Source: a virus
Direction: 5' to 3' (one strand)
DNA: 64,000 nucleotides
Virus record (IMG/VR): IMGVR_UViG_3300021404_000006
Span: 1-64,000 of that record
Each line of letters starts with the position of its first letter. Position 1 is the stretch's first letter. The position numbers and the translations under genes were made by a program. Positions 35,101 to 44,025 of the stretch are shown here, in pieces. The notes beneath the pieces were generated by a model, which was not told where the DNA came from, did not search any database, and saw only the letters and a list, made by a program, of their open reading frames with translations.

Positions 35101-36777
35101 ATCTCGATCCGGGTCAACGCCGGACTTGCCACTGGTACAGGCACAGCAGGCAACATTACTGTTCAGGCTCCAGGCATAAGCGCCGGGCTGGCTACTGCGA
35201 CAGGTACCGCAGGCGGGATCTCGATCGTAGTTAACGCAGGCCTTGCTACAGGCACTGGTACCGCAGGCAGCATCTCCATCCGGGTCAACGCCGGGCTCGC
35301 CACGGCCACGGGTACCGCACAGCCTGTCGCGGAGGCGACATTCTCCTTCTTCGCCGGACAGACCGGCCCGTCTTCTCCAAATGCATACACAGGTCCGTAC
35401 ATTGCCGCGCTCTCCTTCAAGGCAACTTCGTCGGGAACCTGGTTCTACAGTTACAGGTACTGGTGCCCTCCGGGCGGTGACACCGGCTCGCAGAAATTCG
35501 CACTGTGGATCGCAACGTCCAGCACAACCGGGAACCTTATTTCTGGTTCGGTAATCAACTCGGGCACGCTGACAACCGGGTGGAACGTCGTCACGCTGCC
35601 GACTCCCCTTCCGCTTACTTCCGGCGTTACTTACGTAGCGTGCACAGGCTGGACCGTTGTCAACGGATTCCCCTATACCGGGTTCCAGTTTGGCAGCGGC
35701 AACCCGTATTCCAGCGGCATCACCAGCGGGCCGATTTTCGCGTTCGCTGACGGAACCAGCGGCGGCTCTCCAGGTGAGCCAAACGGATTGCCGCAGTCTG
35801 TGTTCTCTACGACCTCCGCAGACCCGTCTACGAGCTTCCCGACGCAGGGATTTGATAGCAATTACCTCTGGATAGACGTAGCTGTATCAACCGGCGCACC
35901 CCCTGTTTCCCTCGCCGGGCTTGCTACAGGCACAGGTAGTGCTCTTCCTCCTGCGGTCGGTATCACAGCCGGGCTGGCTACGGCCACGGGGAGTGCTCTT
36001 GCTCCTGCTGTCGGTATTACCGCAGGACTCGCTACAGGCACCGGCACGGCATTCGCGCCGACTGTTCCTCGTACCCCAGGTCTTGCTACAGGCACAGGCA
36101 CGGCATCCGGTATCTCTGTTCGCGTAAACGCAGGCCTGGCTACGGGTACAGGATCTGCTCTTGCTCCTGTTGTTCTCCACCGGGCTAATGTCGATTTCAC
36201 TGGCAGCACGCTCGTGGACCCGAATACTCTGGGCGGCACGCTTTCCATAGCAGCTTTGGGCGGTACTCTTTCCGCCGCTAATACCCTGGGGGGCACGCTT
36301 TCTATAGCGCTTCTAGGCGGTACTCTTTCCGCTGCTAATACCTTGGGTGGCACTGCTTCTGTTACAACCAACACCCTTACAGGTACTCTTAGCGTAGCGG
36401 TAAATGCCCTTAGCGGAACGGATGTGACGGACAAGATGCAGGAAGTAGATATCATCCTCAACGAATTCAACGACGCCACTGTCACGTTCCAGATCCTGAA
36501 CAACGGCAGCCCGATGAACATCACGGGTATGACCGTCAACGCGCTGTTCAAGAAGACCCGGGGTGACCTGGACAGCGCAGGTACTACGAAGACCTACAGC
36601 TCGGCTGGCGGCTCTCCTGCCATTACCATAAACACGCCGACAACGGGATCGTGTACGCTGGCAGTTCCTGACGCTGATGTAGTTTACCCGAATATGACTT
36701 TCTACCGGATTGACGTGGTAAACGGCACTGTAACTACTACTGCCATCTTCGGTACCGTGACTATCATACAGCTGTAA
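32140..36777 (+). CDS. Giant Ser/Thr/Gly-rich repeat virion protein (fibre/decoration-like)
   Basis: 1545 aa; duplicated LDASTP...F(S/T)PPA domains, more than 20 GLATGTG repeats, NTLGGTLS repeats, BppU-like C-terminus. Confidence 0.85.
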   Translation: MAVAFDVAGGGSGTSSSTTYNWTHTVGGGVTNGAILVGVATDASADGALTTTVTIGGTTATSLGKIHCDNTTQGYLQVFGLATGSTTGSVAIATTVSGGTPTDINGGSLSFSGVNQTTPFINTLTSPAVNNGWGSGTTPSGTTPGATTSGNLVAGFCANGSAIASATSPSTSQFIDNFKTTGDFAAGCSAGATSAATGSAVTMAWTVTSDFWAVLVTEVQAAAPTSAPQIPPQPGSKQWQRRHHRHQQIISAPQQLITLDASTPAAVDNVSSVSTTATTASFSPPANSMVVVAVDVGLLSSNATMTMTLADSLSNSYTAGPNIWAFSNNGVWYFTHYYSSAPGSITLTATRSFAGQGLFSVKTMVLNGANSNQSGAAAPSATSGNNATLESSITPTQLSSWCFATTSSNALAGTAAGLTEDHNFHDGTNGALATLGHVNTSSLSPETIGWTATASVFWAWAGLEILPASPGGGLTVSAGLATATGTALDSSGGMAVGITSTLATGTGTSLAPAVGLTPGLATGVSDTGQYGGGPSGIALDASTPTAGYSSSFAHTPLWTSGEVWGANPPTFTPPAKSLVVVMANIGFGSGAAGTFTVTDGSNTYTNSATISNTTATTAVLIAQFYYTTSPGAITVTMSNSNTTINKDYFLFVQVLTGAAASQTGAASSAISSGATTSFAVNNSLTPTQTGSWVYVIGNNGGSTTGAAVTGTTTALTDSGGHLASGGYFSDASNSVDQFTWGKYSANPTTSLSALTLGWTYSGGTAGANTWAALEILPDLTAGAGTSVAIGITPALATGTGGAGNITVLSPGISAGLATGTGTAFGISIVINAGLATGTGTAFAPGIGITAGLATATGTALGASYSITPALATGTGAALAPGVGIIPGLASGVGAANAPNIGFTPGLATGAGAAPGISQAVNAGLATGTGNAFAPAVGLTPALATATGTASGISIRINAGLATGTGAALAPAVGLTPGLATGTGNAGGISIRVNAGLATGTGTAGNITVQAPGISAGLATATGTAGGISIVVNAGLATGTGTAGSISIRVNAGLATATGTAQPVAEATFSFFAGQTGPSSPNAYTGPYIAALSFKATSSGTWFYSYRYWCPPGGDTGSQKFALWIATSSTTGNLISGSVINSGTLTTGWNVVTLPTPLPLTSGVTYVACTGWTVVNGFPYTGFQFGSGNPYSSGITSGPIFAFADGTSGGSPGEPNGLPQSVFSTTSADPSTSFPTQGFDSNYLWIDVAVSTGAPPVSLAGLATGTGSALPPAVGITAGLATATGSALAPAVGITAGLATGTGTAFAPTVPRTPGLATGTGTASGISVRVNAGLATGTGSALAPVVLHRANVDFTGSTLVDPNTLGGTLSIAALGGTLSAANTLGGTLSIALLGGTLSAANTLGGTASVTTNTLTGTLSVAVNALSGTDVTDKMQEVDIILNEFNDATVTFQILNNGSPMNITGMTVNALFKKTRGDLDSAGTTKTYSSAGGSPAITINTPTTGSCTLAVPDADVVYPNMTFYRIDVVNGTVTTTAIFGTVTIIQL

Positions 36778-36785
36778 GGGGAACT

Positions 36786-37775
36786 GTGACTAACGCGCCG
36801 ATTTATTACGACACTGCCGATCAGGTAGTGCCGATTACTGTTGCCTTCACCAAGGCTGACGGCACCCCTACTTCCCCTGCCTCGGTAGCTGTCGTAGTCA
36901 CTGATCCTCACGGTACTGCCACTACTTATACTTACGTTGGCGGGAACGTTGACCCGAACGCGGTTGTCAGTGACGGCAGCGGGACATTCCACGTCTGGCT
37001 TACCAACCCGGCCACTTCCGGCTTGTGGACTTACGTGTGGATGGGCTCTGGCGGCGCGGTAGCCCAGGGATTCCAGGTACTCACCGGCACCTTCCGCGTG
37101 CTCTCCTACAATGACACCGGCCTGGGAATGACCACCTGGTACTGCTCGAAGGAAGAGCTGAAGTCCAGGCTCCAGATCGCGGCGACCGACACTAAAGACG
37201 ACTACGAAATCCAGCTCGCCATTCAGGCCGTGACCGACTGGATTACCACGTACACCGGAAGGCATTTTTACCGTGTCTCCGAAGTCCGGACCTACGTGCC
37301 TACCAACGTGTGGAACCTGGAGGTCGATGACCTGGTTACCTGTACCAGCCTTGACCTTGACTACGACGGAGACGGCATTTACGAGGTCCACTGGACAGAG
37401 AACGTCAACTTCCAGATCTTGCGCTATCCCGCCAATCACAACCAGCACGACGCCGGCGTAGCCCGCCCGAACAACTACATCCAGGTAACCTCAGGAACTC
37501 CCGGCAATCCGGCTGGCGGCCAGTGGTTCCCGTGGCTCTGGCCTTTCACGCGCCAGGACAGGGTAAAGATCACCGGAATATGGGGCTGGCCTGATGTTCC
37601 CCCGAACGTTACGATGGCCGCGCTAATTCTCGCCTCTGACCTTTTCAAGGCTAAGGACGCTCCGTGGGGCGTAGCCGGAATCGGTGACATGGGAATGGTA
37701 AAAGTGCAGTCTAACCCGTGGGTGGTAGAGTTGCTAAGGCCGTACATAAACGTGTCTGCAAAAGTAGGAGTATAA
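36786..37775 (+). CDS. Head-to-tail adaptor with extra N-terminal Ig-like domain
   Basis: YCSKEELKSRL, TGRHF, VKITGIWGWPDVP, AALILASDLF, LLRPY. Confidence 0.85.
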   Translation: MTNAPIYYDTADQVVPITVAFTKADGTPTSPASVAVVVTDPHGTATTYTYVGGNVDPNAVVSDGSGTFHVWLTNPATSGLWTYVWMGSGGAVAQGFQVLTGTFRVLSYNDTGLGMTTWYCSKEELKSRLQIAATDTKDDYEIQLAIQAVTDWITTYTGRHFYRVSEVRTYVPTNVWNLEVDDLVTCTSLDLDYDGDGIYEVHWTENVNFQILRYPANHNQHDAGVARPNNYIQVTSGTPGNPAGGQWFPWLWPFTRQDRVKITGIWGWPDVPPNVTMAALILASDLFKAKDAPWGVAGIGDMGMVKVQSNPWVVELLRPYINVSAKVGV

Positions 37776-37778
37776 ATC

Positions 37779-38042
37779 GTGAGTGACGAAGCCCGGATTA
37801 CCATGCGGTGTGATTCTTGCTTCCAGCTGGACACTGACCCGCGCCACCACGTTCTCCAGGAGGACGGATCGGTGCAGACCATGCACATGGACTGCTGCCG
37901 GGACAGCGGAAGTTGCGTTGATGACCACTGCCACAGGATTCTCACTGCCAGCGGCGAGAAGCGAGGCGACGAGCTGCTTCTGCACATTCTCCTGAACGGG
38001 AAGCCTCAGACAGAGCCGGTTACCTTGGAAGAGGAGGAGTAA
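37779..38042 (+). CDS. Small Cys/His-rich protein
   Basis: CDSC..D..PRH...HMDCC. Confidence 0.7.
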   Translation: MSDEARITMRCDSCFQLDTDPRHHVLQEDGSVQTMHMDCCRDSGSCVDDHCHRILTASGEKRGDELLLHILLNGKPQTEPVTLEEEE

Positions 38043-38476
38043 TGGCTAGCGGTATGGCCTCCGGTGTAGCGGTCTCCTGCATTAACGGAATGATCGGCAA
38101 GACTGCTTTCGGTGCGTTCGGCGGGACCGCCACCAAGCTCAAGCTGATGTCCACGGCGGCTAACGAAGGCGCTGACGGCACTGAGATCTCCGGTGGTTCT
38201 TATCCTGCCGGCGGTATCTCGGCTACGGTATCCACTACATTCGGTGCAGGATCTTACGCCCTGGGCGTAGCTACCATTACCAACTCCGGCGCGGCTATCA
38301 GCCAGTCCAACATGCCTACGGTTGTAAGCCCCGGCGTAGTATCCGCTTCGCTCTGGGACACGGGCACCACGCCTGTTCGCTGGTGGTGGGGCGACCTTAC
38401 GACTGGTGTCGCAACCAACCTCGGGGACACCCTTACCTTCAATACCTCCTCGGTAACTATCCAGCTGAACGTGTAG
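38042..38476 (+). CDS. Putative structural (tail fibre-like) protein
   Basis: GTEISGGSY, LWD, GDTLTF motifs common in actinophage virion proteins. Confidence 0.7.
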   Translation: MASGMASGVAVSCINGMIGKTAFGAFGGTATKLKLMSTAANEGADGTEISGGSYPAGGISATVSTTFGAGSYALGVATITNSGAAISQSNMPTVVSPGVVSASLWDTGTTPVRWWWGDLTTGVATNLGDTLTFNTSSVTIQLNV

Positions 38477-38489
38477 GCAGGAACTTATT

Positions 38490-38750
38490 GTGCACGCTGT
38501 CAGTATGAAATCGTGGTATGACCAGGTAGATAGTGATTTTGACACACTCTGTCGGCTGTGGGCAGAAGATTGGCCTTGGAATCCTCCTCAGGACTTGCCT
38601 AAATATCACGGTGCTCAGGCAGCTTGGAACAGGCTAGAAGTCGCACACAAGCGCTCTGCTCCGGTAACTATTTTTCCTGTATACGATCCTGAAGAGGATC
38701 TTCGGGCTATATTCGACGCCATGAAACGTGCAGCTGCTGGTAGTCTCTAG
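38490..38750 (+). CDS. Hypothetical protein
   Basis: ORF in operon. Confidence 0.45.
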   Translation: MHAVSMKSWYDQVDSDFDTLCRLWAEDWPWNPPQDLPKYHGAQAAWNRLEVAHKRSAPVTIFPVYDPEEDLRAIFDAMKRAAAGSL

Positions 38751-38752
38751 TC

Positions 38753-38989
38753 ATGCGATTCATCTTCGGTATGGGCACCAAGCTTCTGGTGTGGGAAACT
38801 TCCGTGGCTAAGGTATCGATGCGCATTGCCGGAGAGCCTGCGGAAGACGACGACTACGAAGAGGACTTCAAGCACATTCCCCAGGACCCGCACAGCACCA
38901 ACGGCGCGCACCTTGAGATCTCCCCTGACGCCATCGGAGCCTACGGCAAGAGGAAAATGGGATTCAGTGGCAGCGAAAACGCCGGCTAA
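38753..38989 (+). CDS. Hypothetical protein
   Basis: ORF in operon. Confidence 0.45.
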   Translation: MRFIFGMGTKLLVWETSVAKVSMRIAGEPAEDDDYEEDFKHIPQDPHSTNGAHLEISPDAIGAYGKRKMGFSGSENAG

Positions 38990-39980
38990 GAAAGCCGCGC
39001 CTAAGAAGGCCCTTGTCAAGGCTTCGAAGGCGAAGACCAAAGCGAAGACCCGGTACACCAAGGCTCAGCGGAAGGCTTACAGGGCTGCTGCAAAGACAGC
39101 TGTTGCCAGGGCGAGGGCGGCTTCGAGGACAGCTGCGGCTAAGGCGAGGTTCATACAGAACGCCAAGGGAGTGCAGCACCGGAGGGCTGTGAAGGCCGCC
39201 CAGAGTAAGGCTAAGCCCGGCAGGAGCGGTAAGCGCCTTCAGCCTGTTTCCGGTAAGCAGGCGGTAATCCGGTTGAAGAGCCAGGCTGCCCAGGCTGCCG
39301 GCTACATGCGCAGGACGCAGGTTTACACCTACCAGCAGGCAGCCTTTCTCACAGGCCTGGCCACGCTGGCGGCTAACAGGAAAGCACTTGCCCGCGCACT
39401 GGCCCGGAAGAAGCTGAAGCCTAAGAAAGTATCGAAGAAGACAACAGCTAAGACGGCTCCGAGGCGTCCGTCGAAGTACGCGGCTGTCGGGGCGAAGGCA
39501 GGAGCGGCAGCGGCGGCCAGGGTTAAGCCCGTCAGGGCCAAGGCGGCATCGAAGACCAGGAAGGCAGCAGGAGGAGTAACCCCGCCGGTTAACGATCCTG
39601 AGTGGATCACGGCAGGCAATGACAAGGACGTAGAGAACTGCGTAGCCGTAGCCGTAGCCAATCACCTGCTGCTGCACACCGGATACAGGGTAAGCAAGCT
39701 GGAAGTCAGTTACCTTCTCTACCGGGACTCTGTGTGGAAGGCCCTTGAAGTACTCGATTACCACGAGGATGTCTGGAAAAAGGTAGGGCTCAGCGAGTAC
39801 GGCATGATAAACCCTGAAGACGCAGAACCGGGAGACATCATCGGATTCGAAACCCCTAACGGTTCTCACTGCGGAGTACTTATGCCTGATAACAAAGTGA
39901 TAAGCTGGGGCGAAGTAGTACCGCTTGAATCCACGATAGACGAGGCATGGCAGGTGACATGGACAGTGACAAGCCAGTAG
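38967..39980 (+). CDS. Lys/Ala/Arg-rich histone-like protein fused to putative papain-like domain
   Basis: About 200 aa AKK/KKA-rich region, then NCVAVA ... PGD ... SHCGV ... ISWG. Confidence 0.7.
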   Translation: MAAKTPAKKAAPKKALVKASKAKTKAKTRYTKAQRKAYRAAAKTAVARARAASRTAAAKARFIQNAKGVQHRRAVKAAQSKAKPGRSGKRLQPVSGKQAVIRLKSQAAQAAGYMRRTQVYTYQQAAFLTGLATLAANRKALARALARKKLKPKKVSKKTTAKTAPRRPSKYAAVGAKAGAAAAARVKPVRAKAASKTRKAAGGVTPPVNDPEWITAGNDKDVENCVAVAVANHLLLHTGYRVSKLEVSYLLYRDSVWKALEVLDYHEDVWKKVGLSEYGMINPEDAEPGDIIGFETPNGSHCGVLMPDNKVISWGEVVPLESTIDEAWQVTWTVTSQ

Positions 39981-40171
39981 ATCCTGATACCGCACGCGAG
40001 GTTCAGGATGCCATGGACGAGGCTATGAAGGAAATGCGCGATGAGGGCGTTACCCAGCTAGCCAGGTACATGAAGAGCAACTACACGGCTTTCCGCAAGC
40101 AGGGTTTCAGCCGCAAGCAGTCGTTCTCCTTCACGATCCTGCTCTACCAGAATCTCCTTCTCCATGGCTAG
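39947..40171 (+). CDS. Hypothetical protein
   Basis: YTAFRKQGFSRKQS small helical phage family pattern. Confidence 0.6.
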   Translation: MAGDMDSDKPVDPDTAREVQDAMDEAMKEMRDEGVTQLARYMKSNYTAFRKQGFSRKQSFSFTILLYQNLLLHG

Positions 40172-40625
40172 CGTCAACCAGGTGAAGACAGCCCTGGCCG
40201 CGCAGATCCAGGCGCATACCGGGCTGACTACTCTGTCGCTCATGCCTGATCAGATCAACCCGCCGATAGCGGTAATTCTTCCCGGTGCACCTTACATCAA
40301 GTACGGCGTTACGCTGGGGGATTCTCTCATCGGACTGCCTCACGCCGTTCCGGTGCCTGCTGATATCAACCTGGTAATCTGCGTCTTCACCTCACGGGCA
40401 CCGTCTCTTGAGCGCGCTCAGCAGTCCGTAGACCAGTACCTGGGGCTTGAGCCGTCTGACACGGTAACGTCTATCCCCCTCGCCATATTCGCTGATCCTA
40501 CTCTCGGCAGGATTGTCGAGTACTGCGAGCCGTTGCAGGTAATCGCTTACGGAGACATTGAGATTGCCGGGCAGACCTATTTCCAGGGCAGGATCTCTGT
40601 AACCGCTTCTGTTGTACAGAGTTAG
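40164..40625 (+). CDS. Probable tail terminator/completion protein
   Basis: PDQINPP, AI-ADPTLG pattern; position upstream of major tail gene. Confidence 0.7.
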   Translation: MASVNQVKTALAAQIQAHTGLTTLSLMPDQINPPIAVILPGAPYIKYGVTLGDSLIGLPHAVPVPADINLVICVFTSRAPSLERAQQSVDQYLGLEPSDTVTSIPLAIFADPTLGRIVEYCEPLQVIAYGDIEIAGQTYFQGRISVTASVVQS

Positions 40626-40633
40626 GAGTTTCC

Positions 40634-40984
40634 ATGGGATGGGCAAGCGGAGGCTATATCTTCGATGCGCTCTGCGAAGAACTTCAGAAATCCTTCCTGG
40701 TGCCTGCGACCAGGAAAAAGGTGCTTGTCAGGTTGATCAAGGCTCTTCAGCAGAATGACTGGGACACCGAGGGCGAGAGCCTTGACCAGTTCAAGGGTGA
40801 CAAGGTGGTCGTAGACGCATTCAGGGAATGCGGTGTCTATCTCTGGGGCACTCCTGAATGGGATCAGGCTTACGGCGAGAACTCCTTCGCTGAGAAAATA
40901 AATCTGGATACTGCGGGCACGCGCGAGGTAATACCTGAGTACGAAGAAGACGACGACTACCGGGAATTTAGGGGGCGCTGGTAA
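40634..40984 (+). CDS. Hypothetical phage protein
   Basis: MGWASG..IFD ... DWDT-ES conserved-looking motif. Confidence 0.7.
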   Translation: MGWASGGYIFDALCEELQKSFLVPATRKKVLVRLIKALQQNDWDTEGESLDQFKGDKVVVDAFRECGVYLWGTPEWDQAYGENSFAEKINLDTAGTREVIPEYEEDDDYREFRGRW

Positions 40985-42072
40985 TGCGCATTCTCATGAT
41001 CCACCCTGGCCCGGAGTTTTCCGTAGCCGACGTGTTCAACGGGTGGAAGAAAGCATTCGAGGCTCAGGGGCACCAGGTCCACGTGTTCAACACCAACGAC
41101 CGCCTGTCGTTCTACAGCCAGACCTCTATCCCTGACTTCAAGAGCGGAAAGAAAGACCCGTGCAGCGAATGCGGCCAGCCAGTCTTCAAGCAGGCTATGG
41201 ACAAGGAAGACGCCGTGATCGCCGCGATGCAAGGAATGACCCACGACCTGTACGCTGTGTGGCCGCACATGGTATTCTTCGTGTCGGCGTTCTTCACTCC
41301 CGCGTGGGTCCTGGACCTTATCCGGCAGCGCCGTCACAAACTGGTGATCCTTCACACCGAGTCTCCCTACCAGGATGACGAGCAGCTGATGCGCTCGCAG
41401 TACGCTTCGCTGAACCTGCTCAACGACCCGGTGAACCTGGAAGAGTACGCGCAGCTCGCCCCAGCTATGTACATGCCCCATGCCTACGATCCTGACATCC
41501 ACTACCCAGGCCGGGTTAGCAAAAAAGACCTGGACTTCGCATTCATAGGCACTGTGTTCGATTCGCGCAGGGTGTTCTTCGAGGAGTTCTTCTCGCGCAT
41601 TGACGCAGACAGCAACCTGAAGATAGCCCTGGGCGGCGCAGCCTGGGACGGTAAGCACCTGGACGGTTCCCCTCTGCTCAGCTACCTGGGCCATCCCCGC
41701 GAGGAAGCCGTAGACAATCAGGAGACTGCTGACACCTACCGCCGTAGCCGGCTGGGCATTAACTTCTACCGCCGCGAAGCGGAGAAGGCGCACGCAGGAG
41801 AAGGCTGGGCTATCGGGCCGCGCGAGGTGGAGATGGCCGCCTGCGGTATCCCGTGGCTTCGTGACGCACGCGGGGAATCCGATGAGCTGTTCCCGTTCCT
41901 GCCGACGTTCAGTACGGCTGGCGAGGCCGCTGACCTGCTGCGCTGGTACCTGTCCGATGACGACCGCCGCGTAAAGCTGGGACGGCAGGCCCGTGCCGCG
42001 ATTAGGGACCGCACCTTCATGAATCACGCGAACATGCTCATGGACGAAATGAGCAGGGCAGGACTGCTGTGA
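40984..42072 (+). CDS. CgeB-like glycosyltransferase
   Basis: TESPYQD, YMPHAYDPDIHYP, DFAFIGT, GINF, GPREVEMAACG. Confidence 0.85.
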   Translation: MRILMIHPGPEFSVADVFNGWKKAFEAQGHQVHVFNTNDRLSFYSQTSIPDFKSGKKDPCSECGQPVFKQAMDKEDAVIAAMQGMTHDLYAVWPHMVFFVSAFFTPAWVLDLIRQRRHKLVILHTESPYQDDEQLMRSQYASLNLLNDPVNLEEYAQLAPAMYMPHAYDPDIHYPGRVSKKDLDFAFIGTVFDSRRVFFEEFFSRIDADSNLKIALGGAAWDGKHLDGSPLLSYLGHPREEAVDNQETADTYRRSRLGINFYRREAEKAHAGEGWAIGPREVEMAACGIPWLRDARGESDELFPFLPTFSTAGEAADLLRWYLSDDDRRVKLGRQARAAIRDRTFMNHANMLMDEMSRAGLL

Positions 42073-42623
42073 CCAGGTATTACGTAGACATCTCTGCTGA
42101 CCTTATCAAGCAGATAAAAGGCGACGACTCTGCCTTTCCGGACGGCTGGCGTCTTGTCGAACGCTGGGGTCCGCGAGACCTGATGACGGAACGCTGGATA
42201 GTCGAAGACGATTATGCTCCGGCTTACCTGGAAGACTGCCTCGTAGAACCCGTACTCTGCCGGGTAAACGGGAAGGCGGTCATAGAAGAACGAATAGCTT
42301 GCCGTGTGAACTTAACTTTTCCTGAAGTACTTCTTAACCAGTTGCTCAAGAGCCACTTCATACCCTTTAGGTGTGATGGAGTTGCTGGACCCCGACTACG
42401 CATCCCGTCTCCTAAAAGACTGCGCACAGGATCTTGTGGTTCACCAGCACCTGATCTGGATGCGAGATCATTTCGAGGAGATGAACGGGACTGTGATTTC
42501 CATGGGCGACGACGGCAAACTCATAGACGGTCATCACCGCTGTACGCTGGTAGTTCTTACAGGAAAGTCATTGCAGGTCTACTTTCACAAGAAGCCTTAT
42601 CACGTGCAGCGCTTTATCCCTGA
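42069..42623 (+). CDS. Hypothetical protein (3' half doubtful)
   Basis: Start coupled to upstream stop; distal part overlaps ParB-like ORF. Confidence 0.4.
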   Translation: MTRYYVDISADLIKQIKGDDSAFPDGWRLVERWGPRDLMTERWIVEDDYAPAYLEDCLVEPVLCRVNGKAVIEERIACRVNLTFPEVLLNQLLKSHFIPFRCDGVAGPRLRIPSPKRLRTGSCGSPAPDLDARSFRGDERDCDFHGRRRQTHRRSSPLYAGSSYRKVIAGLLSQEALSRAALYP

Positions 42624-42627
42624 GTGA
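42373..42627 (+). CDS. Small ParB/Srx-like domain protein
   Basis: GKLIDGHHR motif; TACCCT 6 nt upstream of GTG. Confidence 0.55.
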   Translation: MMELLDPDYASRLLKDCAQDLVVHQHLIWMRDHFEEMNGTVISMGDDGKLIDGHHRCTLVVLTGKSLQVYFHKKPYHVQRFIPE

Positions 42628-42690
42628 GGATTGCAGAACAACAACTTCGCGCTTACCCTAGGAATGTACAGACCTAACTAGGAGGCCGAA

Positions 42691-43125
42691 TTGTCGAGGA
42701 TTCACGGTCGCAATGGGATCGTCTATTTGGGCGTGAACCCTGCCGATGCAGCCAGCCCCATGGCATTCCTTTCCGACTGGAGCATTAACTTCTCCGTTGC
42801 GAAGGTTGACGTTACCGCAATGGGCGACCAGAACCTGATCTGGGTAGCCGGACTGCCCGACGCTTCCGGTGACTTCTCCGGATTCTTCGACACCGCTACC
42901 GCGCAGACTTACATTGCGGCTCAGGACGGCCAGCCCCGTAACTTCTACCTTTACCCGAGCACTCTCGGTTCGCAGGGCTCGTCCCCCGGCCAGTATTTCT
43001 TCGGCCAGGTACTGCCTGACTACTCGCTCGCCGGCGGCGTTGCCGCATCTGTGAGCCTGAAGTCCACCTGGAACGCAGCTAGCAGGATTTCCAGGTACCC
43101 TGTCAGCGGTATCGCAGGAACCTAA
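42691..43125 (+). CDS. Major tail (tube) protein
   Basis: RIHGRNG, WSINF...VDVTAMGD...GLPDASG; followed by terminator and chaperone. Confidence 0.8.
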   Translation: MSRIHGRNGIVYLGVNPADAASPMAFLSDWSINFSVAKVDVTAMGDQNLIWVAGLPDASGDFSGFFDTATAQTYIAAQDGQPRNFYLYPSTLGSQGSSPGQYFFGQVLPDYSLAGGVAASVSLKSTWNAASRISRYPVSGIAGT

Positions 43126-43139
43126 TCCTAGCTTCCTAA

Positions 43140-43172
43140 CGATAGCCACTTCGGTAATCGAAGTGGCTATCG
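43140..43172 (+). terminator. Intrinsic terminator after major tail gene
   Basis: CGATAGCCACTTCG-GTAAT-CGAAGTGGCTATCG followed by T-rich tract. Confidence 0.8.
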
Positions 43173-43213
43173 CTATTTGCTTTGTGTGATAGGATTCCGC
43201 GCAGGAGGTAAAA

Positions 43214-43627
43214 ATGCCTGTAGCTAAGAGGACCACTGCCGATCGCGAACTCGCTGTCATTCAGTTGTCGAACACAGAAGACGAGGCCCTTTCCGACGCC
43301 ACCGTAGAGGGGAAGACGGCTGCTAAGAAGCAGTGGGACTACGTAAGCCTGGGAGAAGAGAAGTTCAGGCTGCGTGAGAAGATCGGCGCTTTGGCCATGT
43401 TCAAGTGGTCGGCTGCCTCCGAGCTTTCCACCGAGGACCCGCGTGCCCTGGCTGCTATTTACGTCTTCCTGAAGAGCCTTATCCACAAGGAAGACTGGCA
43501 GGCTTTCGAGGACCATGCACTGGACGAGGACGCTGACGCTGAAGTTCTGCTTGACGTGATCACCAACGCCCTGGAAGTCATCTCGGGACGCCCTACCGCG
43601 CCGTCCTCACCCTCTTCCGCTGGATAG
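43214..43627 (+). CDS. Tail assembly chaperone (G)
   Basis: Between major tail and tape measure; ends SGRPT. Confidence 0.8.
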   Translation: MPVAKRTTADRELAVIQLSNTEDEALSDATVEGKTAAKKQWDYVSLGEEKFRLREKIGALAMFKWSAASELSTEDPRALAAIYVFLKSLIHKEDWQAFEDHALDEDADAEVLLDVITNALEVISGRPTAPSSPSSAG

Positions 43628-44025
43628 TAAATTACCAGGGAGAGTTTGAGGGCAAGCTCCTGTGGTCAGGACACAGGATTACGGATTTCACGATCCGCGA
43701 GCTGGCGAACATGGCTTACTACCATCATGTCAGCAAGCTTCAGCCAGGACATAAGGACGAAGATCCCACTATCGAAGAACAGATCGAGCTTTTCGAGGAG
43801 CAGATAGGCCAGCGCATATCCGCCACCACCAAGGCCGAGGAAATGATGCGCCAGTCCATGATCTTGCGCGGCCTTGACCCGGACGCTAAGCCCGAGCTTT
43901 CTCCCGAACTGGCAGCTAGACTGGAACAGGACGCTATGAAGTCGGATACCGATGTCTTCTTCGCTGGCGACCTAAACAGGGAATTCAAGGGAAAGCCGGT
44001 CAGGGAAGGAGACGACGATTTCTGA
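43591..44025 (+). CDS. Tail assembly chaperone extension (T), likely reached by -1 frameshift
   Basis: -1 frame is open from the CGC CCT ACC site through the 43711-44025 ORF. Confidence 0.65.
   Translation, partial: PYRAVLTLFRWIVNYQGEFEGKLLWSGHRITDFTIRELANMAYYHHVSKLQPGHKDEDPTIEEQIELFEEQIGQRISATTKAEEMMRQSMILRGLDPDAKPELSPELAARLEQDAMKSDTDVFFAGDLNREFKGKPVREGDDDF

Noticed and set aside
33580-36360. Diversity-generating retroelement or DNA repeat array
   Set aside because: Repeats are synonymous-variable protein repeats (GLATGTG); no reverse transcriptase or adenine-specific TR/VR pair was seen
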